From NCBI GenBank assembly GCA_976551045.1, contig CDPCPM010000367.1:1674001-1738000 (forward strand): DNA of 64,000 nucleotides. The letters are read 5' to 3'. The stretch comes from Glaucostegus cemiculus (lineage: Eukaryota). Within the stretch, counting starts at the first letter, position 1. Every line of letters begins with the position of its first letter. The position numbers and the translations under genes are program-made. This document shows positions 12,940-25,749 of the stretch, in pieces. A model generated the notes under the pieces. That model was not told the origin of the DNA. It worked only from the letters and a program-made list of their open reading frames with translations, and made no database searches.

Positions 12940-13507
12940 TAAACTCACCAACTTTTATCAATGTGCCATAGAAAGCATCCTATCTGGATGCAGCACGGCT
13001 TGGTATGGCAACTGCTCTGCCCGGGACTGCAAGAAACTTCAGAGAGTTGTGGACACAGCCCAGCACATCATGAAAACCAGCCTTCCCTCCATGGACTCTG
13101 TCTATACCTCTCGCTGCCTTGGTGTAGCAGCCAGCATAATCAAAGACCCCACCCACCCAGGTCATTCTCTCTTCTCTCCTCTTCCTTCACGCAGGAGATA
13201 CAGGAGCCTAAGGGCACATAGCACCAGGCTCAAGGACAGCTTCTGTCCCACTGTGATAAGACTACTAAATGGTTCCCTTATATGATGTGTTGGACTCTTG
13301 ACCTCAAAATCTACCTTGTTTGACCTTGCACTTTATTATCTACCTGCAATGCACCTTCCTGTAGCTGTGACACTTTACTATGTATTCTGTTATTGGTTTT
13401 ACCCTGTACTCCCTTAATGCAGTGTAATGAATTGATCTGTATGAATGGTATGCAAGACAAGTTCTTCACTGTACCTCAGTACAAGTGACAGTAATAAACC
13501 AATACCC
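12940..13507 (+). mobile_element. Rex1/Babar LINE 3' fragment
   Basis: ORF 13049-13285 SRCLGVAASIIKDPTHPGHSLFSPLPS.RRYRSL...TRLKDSF, with a complete 3' UTR. Confidence 0.92.
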
Positions 13508-14384
13508 TGTGATCCACTCTTCTTAGAGGACTGCAAGGGAAATTGGATCACATTGTACTGAGGGAATCCATCATTGAGTATTCCTGGGACAACAGAGTAT
13601 TCATAGTCCCTGACTGAGGGCTTACGAAGCATCATTTGGTGCTGACCTCCCACATGCACTCCACATTTTCCCACCTGCCTCTCGTTCCCATGATCACCCA
13701 AATTCCATGCCACAAGCCCCAGTCTGCTGCCACACCATCAATGCAGGTAACCCCCAGTTTCCATGACTCCTTCACCATCCAGCAATTTGTGCCAGCTTCC
13801 CCAATCCTTCCTGCTTCCACCCCCTCCTCTGCCCTCCAACTGCTAACCTAGTATGGCAAACTTGAGCCGGTGGATGGTGGCCATCCTGAACATAGCCTCA
13901 GAATGAAGAATGGGGCAGTACATTGTGTGAAACATTCAGTCAGTCTCCCTATGACTTGGACTCTGAGCACAAACGAAGTTTGCATCAGTTGGGGGGAGGG
14001 TGAAGATAGGTGGCGGTACATAGACAGATATGGCCTGTAGCACCTCATTACTATGCCATTCTTCACCCATTAGGATGAATTAGAGCTACTACAGAATGGA
14101 GTGCCCCCCCCAGCCCTCTGAGCTTTTCATCCATTTTCTAGAGTTGGTGTAATGTGGTTTTCAAATGGCAGCAATTCCTCCCAACTTTACCCCAAACAAT
14201 AGAAATCACGTGGCACCAGGACCATGTTGTGATTCAAACCTCAGAGGTGGGTCAGCTTGAGTTAAACACCATCTTTTAGGGTGTTCAGTAATTATCATCT
14301 TCATAAATGTAATTAATATTTTCATAATATTTTCTACCAGGATAAAGTCAGGCCAGGCAGTGAACCGGTTCCATTTCATAAAAT

Positions 14385-14636
14385 TTTTTTAAAAATTTTA
14401 TTTACAGTGTGGTAACAGGCCCTTTTGGCCCAACGAGACCACACTGCCCATTTTAAATCCCCAAATTAACCTACCCGTACATCTTGCAGAATGTAGGAGG
14501 AAACTGGAGCACCCGGAGGAAACCCACGCAGACACGGGAGAACGTACAAACTCCTTACAGACAGCGACAGGAATCGAACCCCAATCGCTGGTGCTGTAAC
14601 AGCGTTGCGCTAAATGCTACGCTATCATGCCGCCAT
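14385..14636 (-). mobile_element. V-SINE with CR1-like tail
   Basis: Full tRNA-like head (A box TAGCGTAGC, B box GGTTCGATTCC) and V core. The tail AACAGGCCCTTTTGGCCCAAC resembles the CR1 tails at about 11299 and 44318. Confidence 0.88.
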
Positions 14637-17422
14637 TGCAGAAGATGACTCCACAATGGAAGATACCAATGAATCCATGTCTCCTCTCATACCTTAAATA
14701 TGCTACACATCTAAGGGTGATCCTTTCTCCTTCTCCTGGACATCCCTGGCCCATATAATTGGAGAGTCTCTTCCTTTGTATTTTACCCAGTGGTATTGAA
14801 CTAACTTATTTAATCCAATTTCCATGGAGCCACTGTATTTCACCGTAGATGACTAAAAGTCCTGTTCTGCCAGCCTTCCACCGTAGTAGTCTGCTCAGGT
14901 ATAAAGTTAAATATTGACCTGAAACTGACACAACCAAGGCAGATCCAACTCAAGCCTGAGAACTTATAAATTCTTTTCCAAAGCCAACCCAATTGTACCC
15001 AAACCAGAAGCATTTGCATAAAAACAGAAAAGTAGACTTGCTACACAATGAATATGTTGTTGTTGATTAAGTACATATTTAAACAGTATTACCGATCATC
15101 TGCCCTGGATAAAATACTAAACTGTGCTGATGTGGCGTGAACCAAGCCAACTCAAACTCAAGTGTTCTATCAGAATATACACCGAACAGCCCCTGAATCC
15201 AATACTTATAATGAAGTCCTATCAGACCCAGGTTGCATAGCCAGGTTCTGTTCCACCAATGAAGTGGTAGGCCAGGAATTTTCAATACCATCCCATTTGT
15301 TCTTCAAACTTCTCAGCCGCAAGTTAGCATTCAGTTGTGACTATTATACCTTAAATTGCCAAATGTATAAAATATGAATATTGATAGCCCTTTTAAATAG
15401 GGAACAGATTAATCGATAGAATAGTATCATTAAAAATAAGATGTAATTTACGATTACTGGATAATTCAAGCCCATAAAAATGAAACCCTATTTAATTTCC
15501 TGGCCAGCAGAGCACTATCAATTTCCTGCATGATTCACAACAGTAGAAATAATGGAACTCCAATTCTGTGCTTAAATATCAAAGCATTATGACATTATGG
15601 AAAGACGCTGACATTTAAAATTAAGTAGAAATGGTTGCTCCTTGAAATATGCTGATGAAAACCAATCCACCTTTGATAAGTCAAATAAGCAAACATGACC
15701 AAGCTTATGATCTCTGTGCTATTTCATTAGGTTTGAGGCAGGAGATAATGATGAAAATTCATACCTCTGTCACGCATAACCCGACAAAAAATACTCTTAA
15801 ACAAAAGCACGTCCTGCAGGCTGCTCTCAATCTAGATTATCCAATTAAGATCTGGTCTTGATCAATCTCAGGGCCTTGGGATATTATTTAGCACACAGGA
15901 GTCTGTCTCAAAGAAAGCTGAAAATATTATTTAAAAAATAATTGATTGAACTGTGTATGTTAATAAATATAACTCCCTAGCTGTCTTGAAAACCACTAAC
16001 AACTCGAACCAGTATTTATACAGAAAGTGCAACCACACAAAATAACATAAACTTGGGATGTTTCATTATATTTAATTTGCTTTATTTGGGCAATGTCTTG
16101 TCATTGTGATATTAAGTTTCAATTGCATAAAATTCATGTTAAGCAGATAATACAGTAACAACAGCATGTGGTGATCTGCCTCTCAAATACTAATAGGGGA
16201 TGAATTCCCTTCACTAATATTAATTATAAAAAAATTAAGGGAATGGTATACTAATGTCTCGTGATAATTCACTTTCTAAAGAAAGCAGACTGCATTCTCT
16301 TCCAGGTTAGGGTAATGTGAAACATTACGTTACTTTACCTAATATTTTGAAATCTACAATGGGTATGTGTGTTTCTTTAAAAAAAAATCCAAAAAATGAT
16401 GGATTTTGATTGATTTTTGCTCGAAACTATACATTCTTTGCCATTTAGAAAGCAATTATTTTTCTTGACATTTAAAATTTTCTCTCAGCAACAGGAGATA
16501 ACCTAACCCAGGAGAGGAAAATAACTTTTAAAAAAAAAAGCTAAACCAGCTAAACTAATGATTTTTTTTCTCCATCGATTCAAACTGATTATTCGTGTTC
16601 CCAGTTCAGAGTGGGCATTTCCCACCTGACATTCTTCAGTCCTCACCAAGGGATGGTGCCATTCTTCCACCCCTTTCCTGTCCACATCTGCACTTTGCTT
16701 TCTATTCATTTTCACTCATGGTTTCATTCGGAATCATGCAGCACAGAAACAGGCCATTCAGCCCATCATGCCTATGCTGTTCCCTCCCCCACAACATTTT
16801 TCTGTTCAGAGCCTCGCATTTTTCTTTTGTAAAGCATTAATCCAATTTTCTTTTCAAAGTTATTTCTGATTCTGCATTCCCCACCCTGTCAGGAAGTATA
16901 TTCCAGATTGGAACATCTCATATATAAAAAAATTCTATCTCCCCTCTGGTTCCTTTGCTAATTATCTGAAATCTGTCCCCTCTCTTACCAGCCTCCAATG
17001 AAAGCAGTTCCTCTTCATTATACGCTAAAAGATGAACTCTTGGTCTCACAATCCTTGTGCGGCCCTTGCAGTTTATTTGTCTTGCACTCTCTCTGTAACT
17101 GCAACACTAGGTTCTCCACATGGTTTTCCCTTTTACTACTTAGATGTACTAATGTATGGAAATTTCCTCCTTTAAAATTGGTGAACACTGAGAGGCTGCT
17201 TAAAACCAGAAAATGCAGGAAACACTCTGCAGGTCAGGCAACTTTTATACAAAGAGAAACAGAGTTCATGTCAAAGAATTTTCATCAAGATTGTGAACAC
17301 TGCTTTTACTTCTTCCTTCCTTGCATTCAGATGAAGCAGCAATTCACTTGCACTTCTTGTTTAATTCATTCCTTGCTCAAAATATGGTGTTCTCTACATT
17401 GGAGAAACAGAATGCAGATTTG

Positions 17423-18962
17423 AACCATAGAACCATAGAACAATACAGCACAATACAGGCCTTTTAGCCCACCATGTTGTGCCGACCTTCAAACCACACC
17501 TAAGACTATCTAACCCCTTCCTCCCACATATCTGTCTATTTTAAATTCCCCCATATGCTTATCTAACAAGCTCTTGAACTTGGCCAACATATCAGCCTCC
17601 ACCACCACCCCAGGCAGCACATTCCATGGGCCAACCACTCTCTGGGTGAAAAACCTCCTTCTGACATCTCCCTTGAACTTCCCACCTATTACCTCAAAAC
17701 CATGCCCTCTTGTATTGAGCATTGGTGCTCTGAGAAAGAGGCACTAACTGTCCACTCTATCTTTTCCTCTTAATATTTTGTATACCTCTATCACATCTCC
17801 CCTCATCCTCCTTCTCTCCAATGAGTAAAGCCCTAGCTCCTTTAGTCTCTCCTCATAATCCATACTCTCAATCCAGGCAGCATCTCGGTAAATCTCCTCT
17901 GTACCCTTTCCAACACCTCCACATCCTTCATATAATGGGGTGACCAGAATTAGACACAGTACTCTAAGTGTGGTCTAACCAGAGTTTTGTAAAGCTGCAT
18001 CATTATTTCACAGCTCTTAAACTCGATCCCACGATTTATGAAAGCCAACATCCCATAAACCTTCTTAATTACCCTATCCACCTGTGAGGCAACTTTCAGT
18101 GATCTGTGGTTATGAAACCCCAGATCCCTCTGCTCCTCTACACTGCCCAGTATCCTGTCATTAACCTTGAACTCCAGCTTGGAGTTAGCCCTTCCAGAGT
18201 GTACCACCTCTCACTTCTCCGGATTAAACTCTATTTGCCACTTCTCAGCACAGTTCTGTACCCTATCTCTATCCCTCTGTAAACTTTGACAGCCCTCCAC
18301 ACTATCCACATCACTACCGACCTTTATGTCGTCTGAAAACTTGGTAACCCACCCTTCCACACCCTCATCTAAGTCATTAATAAATACCACGAAAAGTAGA
18401 AGTCCCAAAACCGATTCCTGAGGGACTCCACTAGTCACAGCCCTCCAATCCGAATGCACTCCCTCCACCACAACCCTCTGTTTTCTACAGGCAAGCCAAT
18501 TCTGAATCCACACGGCCAAGCCTCCATGGATCCCTTGGCCTCTGACCTTCTAAGGAAGCCTACCATGCAGAACCTTGTTAAATGCCTTACTAAAATCAAT
18601 GTAGACCACATCTACTGCACTACCCTCATCAATCTGCCTGGTCACCTCCTCAAAGAACCCTTTCAGGCTTGTGAGACATGATCTTCCCTTCACAAAGCCA
18701 TGCTGGCTGTCCCTAATCAGTCCATGATCCTCTAAATTCTCATAGATTCTATCTCTTAGAATCCTTTCTAACAACTTGCCAACCACAGACATAAGGCTCA
18801 CTGGTCTGTAATTCCCTAGACTATCCCTACTACCTTTTTTGAATAAGGGGACAGCATTTGCCACCCTCCAATCCTCCAGTACCATTCCCGTGGCCAACGA
18901 GGACTCAAAGATCCTAGCCAACGGTTCAGCAATCTCCTCCCTTGCCTCGTGAAGCAGCCTGG
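17423..18962 (-). mobile_element. 5'-truncated CR1 LINE (RT)
   Basis: ORFs EDWRVAN...NYRPVSL...QHGFVKGRSCLT, SGVPQ.SVLG...KFSDD and [12 protein letters not shown], with an 8-mer (TTCTATGG)n tail. Confidence 0.95.
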
Positions 18963-19150
18963 ATGACTGCTTTGAAGAGCACCTCGTTTCAGTCTGGAGG
19001 GGAGCCCTGAGCTCTGCATTGCTTGCTACTTTAAGTCTTCATCCTACTCCCACTGTGCCCAATCTGTGACCTCTTGCACTAGTATAACAAGGCCTAATAT
19101 GAGCTTGAAGAACAGCACTTCATCTTCTGTGTGAGCAATTTTCTGAACAA

Positions 19151-19319
19151 TCCATGAACCCATGAACACCACCTTATCATTCCTTTTTTTGCACTATTTA
19201 GTTATGATGTAATTTATGGTAATTTTATATCTTCTCACTGTACTGCTGATGCAAAATAACAAATTTCTCATCATTTAAAATACTGATAATAAACCTTACT
19301 CTGGTTCTGATTCTGATTC
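19151..19319 (+). mobile_element. Rex1/Babar-type 3' UTR stub
   Basis: AT-rich UTR ending AATAAACC...(ATTCTG)n, the same tail type as 5700-5720. Confidence 0.6.
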
Positions 19320-19344
19320 AATAGCGAATCCTGCAACCTCAGGT

Positions 19345-20101
19345 TGCAATAGTAAAGGGTTAAAATTGCAGCCATCTTTGTTTCTAGAAAAGACCACACA
19401 CTTCTGCCCAACCTGGACTAGGTAGAGGGATGACTGCCTAGCTGGGGAATGCCAGGCATGTTAATTACCTTTGTCTAGGTATCAGAATACCTTGAGCTGA
19501 CAGGAACTAACATTAGCATCTATAGTACAGACTAACATTGAAACTGACATTAGCATCACTACAGACTAACACTTACATCGCTATAGAAATGTATCAGCTG
19601 GAATCACCATTGCTATAGACAGCCGCGGCCCCACTGTTTGAAATTGACAATCGCTATAGACAGCAACGATACCGATTGAGACTTACAAAGTATCAGTATG
19701 TGCTATCCCATATGTGAAATTAACATCGGGGTAGAAGCAGACAGCGAGGCAGCTAACATTGAAGTAGGAACCCAAACCAAACAATGAGGGGTGATACCCA
19801 CCTTTGTATCTCTTGATTTCAATCCAATTATACCAGGACAAAGGGTGTAATAGCTACTTTAACATTTGTATAGTCTGCCCGAAACTCGTGGAACCGGGTG
19901 CATGGGGTTTGCATGAGAAAAGCTGTATAAATTTCTGTCTGCCCACTTGTCGGGGAGATACCTTGGGAAGCGACTCTGTGTGAGTGCTGAAGGGACTCTC
20001 CTAGCAGTGCTGCTAAAGAAAATAAAGGTACCTTTCGAACAGACCTCGTGGCACTGTGTTTCTTGCAGCGGACAGAAGGGGAAATCGATTTTGGGATGAC
20101 A
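19345..20101 (+). mobile_element. Solo LTR (757 bp), ERV-like
   Basis: TG...CA termini, 4-bp TSD AGGT (19341-44 and 20102-05), TATAAAT at 19926, AATAAA at 20021, repeated U3 modules. Confidence 0.85.
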
Positions 20102-23066
20102 AGGTTATTCACTTTCTCTGTTTGTATCAGAGCTGGTTGTTCTGTTATGGATAATTCGTCTGTAATTTTGTCTCAGTTTTTTTCTCTTCACCCCAAAACC
20201 TAACTTGCTAGGCATTTTGTACTGCTCAACATTTTGCAGCTTTTATGTTCTTTCTTTTGTGTTCTCTGAGATTCCTCATTAAATAATCAGTTAGATGACT
20301 TCATCTGCAGCTTATCCCCCATGGCAACCTTGGCCTCACTCTGTCAGAGATAGTCACTTTGTCCTATCTGTACCTCCTCCATCCTCGGCACAACTTAACA
20401 CTGTGCATTGGTCCAGATCCCAGCATCTGCAGAATTTCTTGTGTCCCCGCCTTTGTTTTCTCTCTTTCCCAGTTCTGATAAGCGTCCTTTGACTTGAAGC
20501 ATTAACTCTTGTTTCTTTTTCTATAGATGCTGCCTGACCTGCTGAGTGTTTCCAGCATTTTCTGTTTTTATTTCAGATATCCAGCATCTGCAGTTTATTT
20601 TTTAGTTTCATTTATTGATGAGAGGCTGTTTCCCTGGTTGGAAAACCAAGAACAAGGGAGCAGGAGGTTAGTCCAGCATAAATGGTGACCATTTATAAAT
20701 GAAATGGGGAGAATTCTTTTCTTCAGAGTCACCAGTCTCCAAAATTCTTTATTCGGACAGCTGTGGATATTTAGTTGATTGGAACTAAAGTCTGATTACA
20801 CTTTTGGCATATAGGCAATCAAGGCGTAATATGATGGAGCAGAAAAATGAAGTTGATATGGATGTTCAGCCGTGATATTGAATAGTGCAAACAAAATAAG
20901 ATGCAGTGAACTAACTGAATATGTTTCACTAAAGCGGTCGTCACTGTATAACATGGAAGACAGTTGTTTATTTATACCTCTGCAAAATGACCTACTTCTT
21001 CCCCTTGCTCAGCTTCTCCCTCACACAAAAGCTGCAATTGAAATGGAAATTCAACCATGATAGTGAATGATCTTTTAACAAATCGAACAAGATACAATGT
21101 ATTAAATATGTTTCATCAAACTGGCCTTCACCTGCAATCCTCAATAACTTTCACCTTTGCAACACTACCCAGTTCTCCTCAAATTCTGTTCCTCCCTCAC
21201 AAAAAGGGTTAGTGAATGTTTTTATTACTTTTAGCCTTGATTTCGCTAGTACCTGTGTTACTGGACTCCCATCTCTCTTCTTTCCCAAATCTCTATCCCT
21301 CTTACCTTCTCCATCCACGTATTGGTGTCCTTTCTTTTATAGATTACTTAATTTTATTTTAAGTACTCACTCACCATCCCCACTCTGGGCTGTATTTTGT
21401 GTGTCTTTCAGTCTAAGTGTGTTACATAAACATCTTTTATTGCTGAATCCTTGCCTCATGAGTGTGATTAAAGTATGAAGGATGGCCAGAAAAAAAATAA
21501 CTGTAAAACTATATTATTAAGTTTTTGCAAACCCATCAGACCAATTGCTGTTTTGCTCAAAGGGCCTTTTATTATGAATGCGTAGAATTCAGAGTAAAGG
21601 GTTCCTGCTTGCAGCTTGTCACTCCCTACACAGCAAGCTCCTAATTTAAATCATATAACAGTGGGAAGCTCCCTGCATCAGCACCTCACTGCAGAAAAAA
21701 GACTATAGTAATGATTGCTCCATTAAACTGTTCTACTTTAATAGGATCTTGCCTATCATGAATTGTGTTTGAAATTCTTATAATCTCCCAATGCCCTCTT
21801 TTGCAGAGGAACAAGGAGAAAGAGAAGGGATCAGGATGGAGCCTCAACATCCTTAGTAATATCCCATGTCTGCACAAGTATGAATAAAGAGCCAGACAGG
21901 TATAGACCATCAAGGGAGGTCTCTATTTAAGGAAAGCAAGGCTTAAATGGTCCCTTGGACATATTTTGAATGCCACTGCTGTCGGTTGACCCTCGTCATT
22001 ATCGGAAATATAAGATAATTTGCTACATATGTAAGTGATCAATATGATATCGAGAGAGAGAGAGAAATAATAAATACAATAATAAGTAAGACAAAGAACA
22101 TGAAAAGGCAGAATGGTGCAAATATTGTAGTGCAATCTGAAGTAGTGCAAAAAAAACCTAAAATGACGGTCATGGAATAACGGAGAGAGTTAGAGATGAG
22201 AGTGTGAGAACATGGTGGCATCACCAGGAAGGGGGTGTGAAAGAGATGATTGGTTCAGGAGTCTGATGGCAGTAGGGAAGAAGCTGACTGAGAGCCGCTG
22301 TTGCCATCAAGCATGCCTTAAAAAGAAAGTGGTAAATTTCTTGGAGGAAAACGTTTTGAGACACATATGAATTGATAGGCATCATCGCCATTTGTCAATG
22401 CCTTAAAATAGATAGTAATTCTCAGGGAAATCAAGCCCATCATCTCATTGTCAGCAGGAGACACAGAGACAGTAGAAGCACTGGGGAAGGCCTCTTTCAA
22501 TGGAGAAAGAGTTAGAGGTGACCATGTTGTGGATCAAACACCTGCTTAAAGGAAGGAATTCATGTGTGCCATTGGAGACATGAAGGTAGAATCTAACTGT
22601 AAGAAATCATGAGAGATTGATAAAACAAGGACCTTGTTATCCTGGTAACTTGCATATATATACCAATATTAACAGCCAAGCCCAAAAATCTGCAAAGAAA
22701 ATACTGCAAGTTGTCCTTGCATAACTATTTCATACAATAGTTGAAGCAAGGGAATTAATCAGAATAGGAGTCCACTCTCCTCTGGCACCCTACAAGGCCA
22801 CTTCATTTGCCTTCATTTACCACATGCTAGATTGGCTGACCAGAGGCTAGAGAATGGGATCTGGTCCATACCCTCATTTTACCAACATTATTCTTTGAGC
22901 AGACTTCTGCTCATCTATAATGTCTGTGAAGTTATCTTGAAAACACATTGAAATCCTTCAGTCAAAAGAAACCCCTGGGAAAGGAAATGCTTTTTTTTGA
23001 TGCCCATATGAAACAAAAGGATTCAGCAAATTCTGGCAGATAAGAGAATAAGAGAATAATAAAAAC

Positions 23067-23270
23067 AAACATTTATAAGAGTACTGAGGCTTGCTGAGAA
23101 CTTGAAGCTTGATGGGGGTTAAAGTAAACCCTGTGATAGGCACGACCAGCTTTCCACCACAATTAAACAAAGCCCTTGACCTCAGCCATGAAAACAGGAA
23201 CAATTTTGGCTGCAGAAAAAAATTCCAGCAAGGACAAGCCATCACTTACATGGGAAGTTGAAACCAAGGG
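23067..23270. repeat. Direct repeat, copy 1 of a ~200 bp non-TE island
   Basis: Aligns to 25066-25268, with a 59-bp identical core (23145-23203 = 25144-25202). Confidence 0.95.
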
Positions 23271-23889
23271 TTAAAGATATCAGTTCATGAAAGGAAAACT
23301 TCACTTCTGTGTGGGCAAAGGTGCCTATACTGTAAAGATTATTCACTATGGCAACCAAGTGAAACCGTACAAACCCAGGGACACTCCAACACATGCATTA
23401 TATATATTGGCACAATGAAATCACAATGCCACTTAACTACTTGAAATCATAGACTGATGTACTGGAGGTGGGCCAAAGTATTGCAGATAATCAGATTTGT
23501 ACAACAGGACAGCAATATTAATACAATCCATGCAACTTTGGAAAATATGATTTGTTAAGCACTTCCATAATGCAAGAATATTGCCAGTAGATTGATACGC
23601 AGGTTTTCATCAGAATTTTGAAAATGAGACACTTTCTTGGAATATTTATTTCAACATGATATATGGTGGTTAATATTTAAAAATCATCCCTTTGCATTCA
23701 TATTCAAACATTGATATACAGTATTTACTCTTGAGTGATGATTGAGAGCTTGAGGCCCTCCTTTATTTTGAGGAAAAGGTGCCTGTTTTAGTTACGTGCT
23801 TCAGGAAAGAGTGTGGCTTCGTCATTGGGAATCATAGTGGGTGTGTCGAAACAGACCTGCCAATATTGCACCACACAAACTGATGCCTG

Positions 23890-24095
23890 TAATAAAACCA
23901 GAAGATGCCAGGAATACTCAACACACAGACAGTATCTGTGGACTGAGAAGCAGTCACCATTACAGGTCAAAGAGCTGACAAAGGCTCCCCAACCTGAAAC
24001 ATTAGCTCTGTTCCTCCTTCCACACATGCTGCATGACCTGCTGAAAGTTTCCAGCATTTTCTGTTTTTATTTCAGATTTCCAGCATCTGCGGTTC
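23890..24095. mobile_element. Penelope-derived short fold-back element
   Basis: Inverted arms AGATGCCAGGAATACTCA... and ...CTGCTGAAAGTTTCCAGCATTTTCTG, with a decayed CTGAC...GAAAC motif. Confidence 0.7.
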
Positions 24096-24717
24096 TTTTC
24101 CCCCCTGATTTTCAAACTGAAATGAGTGCTGGACCTACAGGTGAATGCAAAGGTCTTGGATTACTGGCAATAGGTTCTCCCTGCTGCTGGTCCAGAGGCT
24201 TGCTGGACCCACCTGTATTAAGCTGGGGAGTAGTCAATTGGAACCTGCACATGGTCAGATGTCAATGGATTTATAGGGCACAGAACTAGAAGGCAAAGGA
24301 AACAGTAAATTACATTTATAAAATAATTTTGCTTTTGTTTTATGTTTTCAAATGCAGTAATTCCAAATGTCTTTAATTTTGCTCAGGCGAGAGAGGTTAA
24401 CCAATAAAAAGGATAACAGAAGGAAGGTGAAAATGGGACAAGTTAAGGAGAAGGATGTCAATCAAAATGACGTGTAAATGGGGAGCAGAATCATTAGTAA
24501 TTTTTAATTTAAAAAAAATATTGTGTTTTAACTTAGTTCAATTCTAATATTTTCAAGTGCCACAGAATGGCAGAAATGTCTAAAAACTTTTAAAATAGCT
24601 TGCAGGTTTTACAAGTAAATCTCTGTCCCTAGCTATGCTGGCTGTCAAGGAGTGGAGCCTCCGTATCGCTGCCTAAGACCCAAGTGCAGTTTGGTCTACC
24701 ATGCTGGACTACCTCAA

Positions 24718-25010
24718 GGGGCCATAGTTACAATATAAGGAGGTGGTTAGACGGTCATTTAAAACTGAGATGAGTAGGAGTTTCTTCTCAGGGTGTGTGG
24801 TGAATCTCTGGAATTCTCGACCCCAGAGGATTGAGAAGGCTAGATCACTGGAGGTATATAAAGAGGAAGCAAGTACATTTTTGAAAGATCTGGGAATTGA
24901 AGGCTATGGCACAGAAGAGGAGCTAAGGCCTGGGGCAGATCAGCTATGATCATGATGAATGGTGGGGCAGACTTTAGGGTCCGAGTAGCCGCCTTCTGCT
25001 CCTATTTGCC
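24718..25010 (+). mobile_element. CR1 3' end
   Basis: ORF 24743-24949 FKTEMSRSFFS..VVNLWNS.PQ plus a typical 3' UTR. Confidence 0.85.
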
Positions 25011-25065
25011 TCTGTTGTTGTGTTCAGTGAAAATCGTCTCTCTACATCCAGCCCAGGTAAGTGCA

Positions 25066-25268
25066 AAACATTTATAAGTGCACTGAGGCTTTCTGAGAGC
25101 TTGAAGCTTGATGGGGGTTAAAATAAACTATGTGAAAGGCACAACCAGCTTTCCACCACAATTAAACAAAGCCCTTGACCTCAGCCATGAAAACAGGAAC
25201 AACTTTGGCTGCAGAAAATAATTCCAGCAAGCCAAGCCATCACTTACATGGGAAACTGAAACTAAGGT
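25066..25268. repeat. Direct repeat, copy 2 of the ~200 bp island
   Basis: Aligns to 23067-23270. Confidence 0.95.
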
Positions 25269-25749
25269 TTGCGAGGAGGCAATAGGCAGCCATTCCAGAC
25301 AGTGCAATCTATCCCTGTATTTTAGCCTCATGTACATGTTAATTATAAGCTGGCAGCCAAGTAAAAAGGAGTTTCTTCCCAAACTACTTAGTTTTATTTT
25401 CTCTTTCTCCATAGGTTGCCCTACCCTACACCACCTGCAGGCTGGGATAACCCAATTGGCAATCTGCTCCTAAGCCCCTCTCAGTTCCACAATCATTATT
25501 CTCCAGGAATCAGGACTAGCTCAGCCATTGATTTATCTCCACCTGTGAGTAAGCACTTGGCTTCTCATAAACATGTCCTCCATTTGGAACTTAATGGTCT
25601 GAGGAATCCAATCTGTTAATCCAAATACCGCCACTGCATGCAAACATAGTGGAACATCAATGTGTTCCCACATTCTTCACTATAAAACAATTAAATGAAA
25701 TAAATTTTATCAGAAAGTTAAATCAAATGATGGGAATCTCACAATATAA

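Larger units (their letters stand above)
17200..20605 (+). mobile_element. Old Penelope-like element with inverted terminal repeats, carrying three nested insertions
   Basis: GIY-YIG motif LYIGETECRF (to about 17422) resumes as DCFEEHL at about 18964, then ELEEQHFIF. Segments 17205-17275 and 20490-20570 are inverted copies. Confidence 0.8.

Noticed and set aside
19505-19765. CRISPR-like repeat/spacer pattern
   Set aside because: Irregular degenerate modules inside an LTR U3, in a eukaryotic context with no cas genes.
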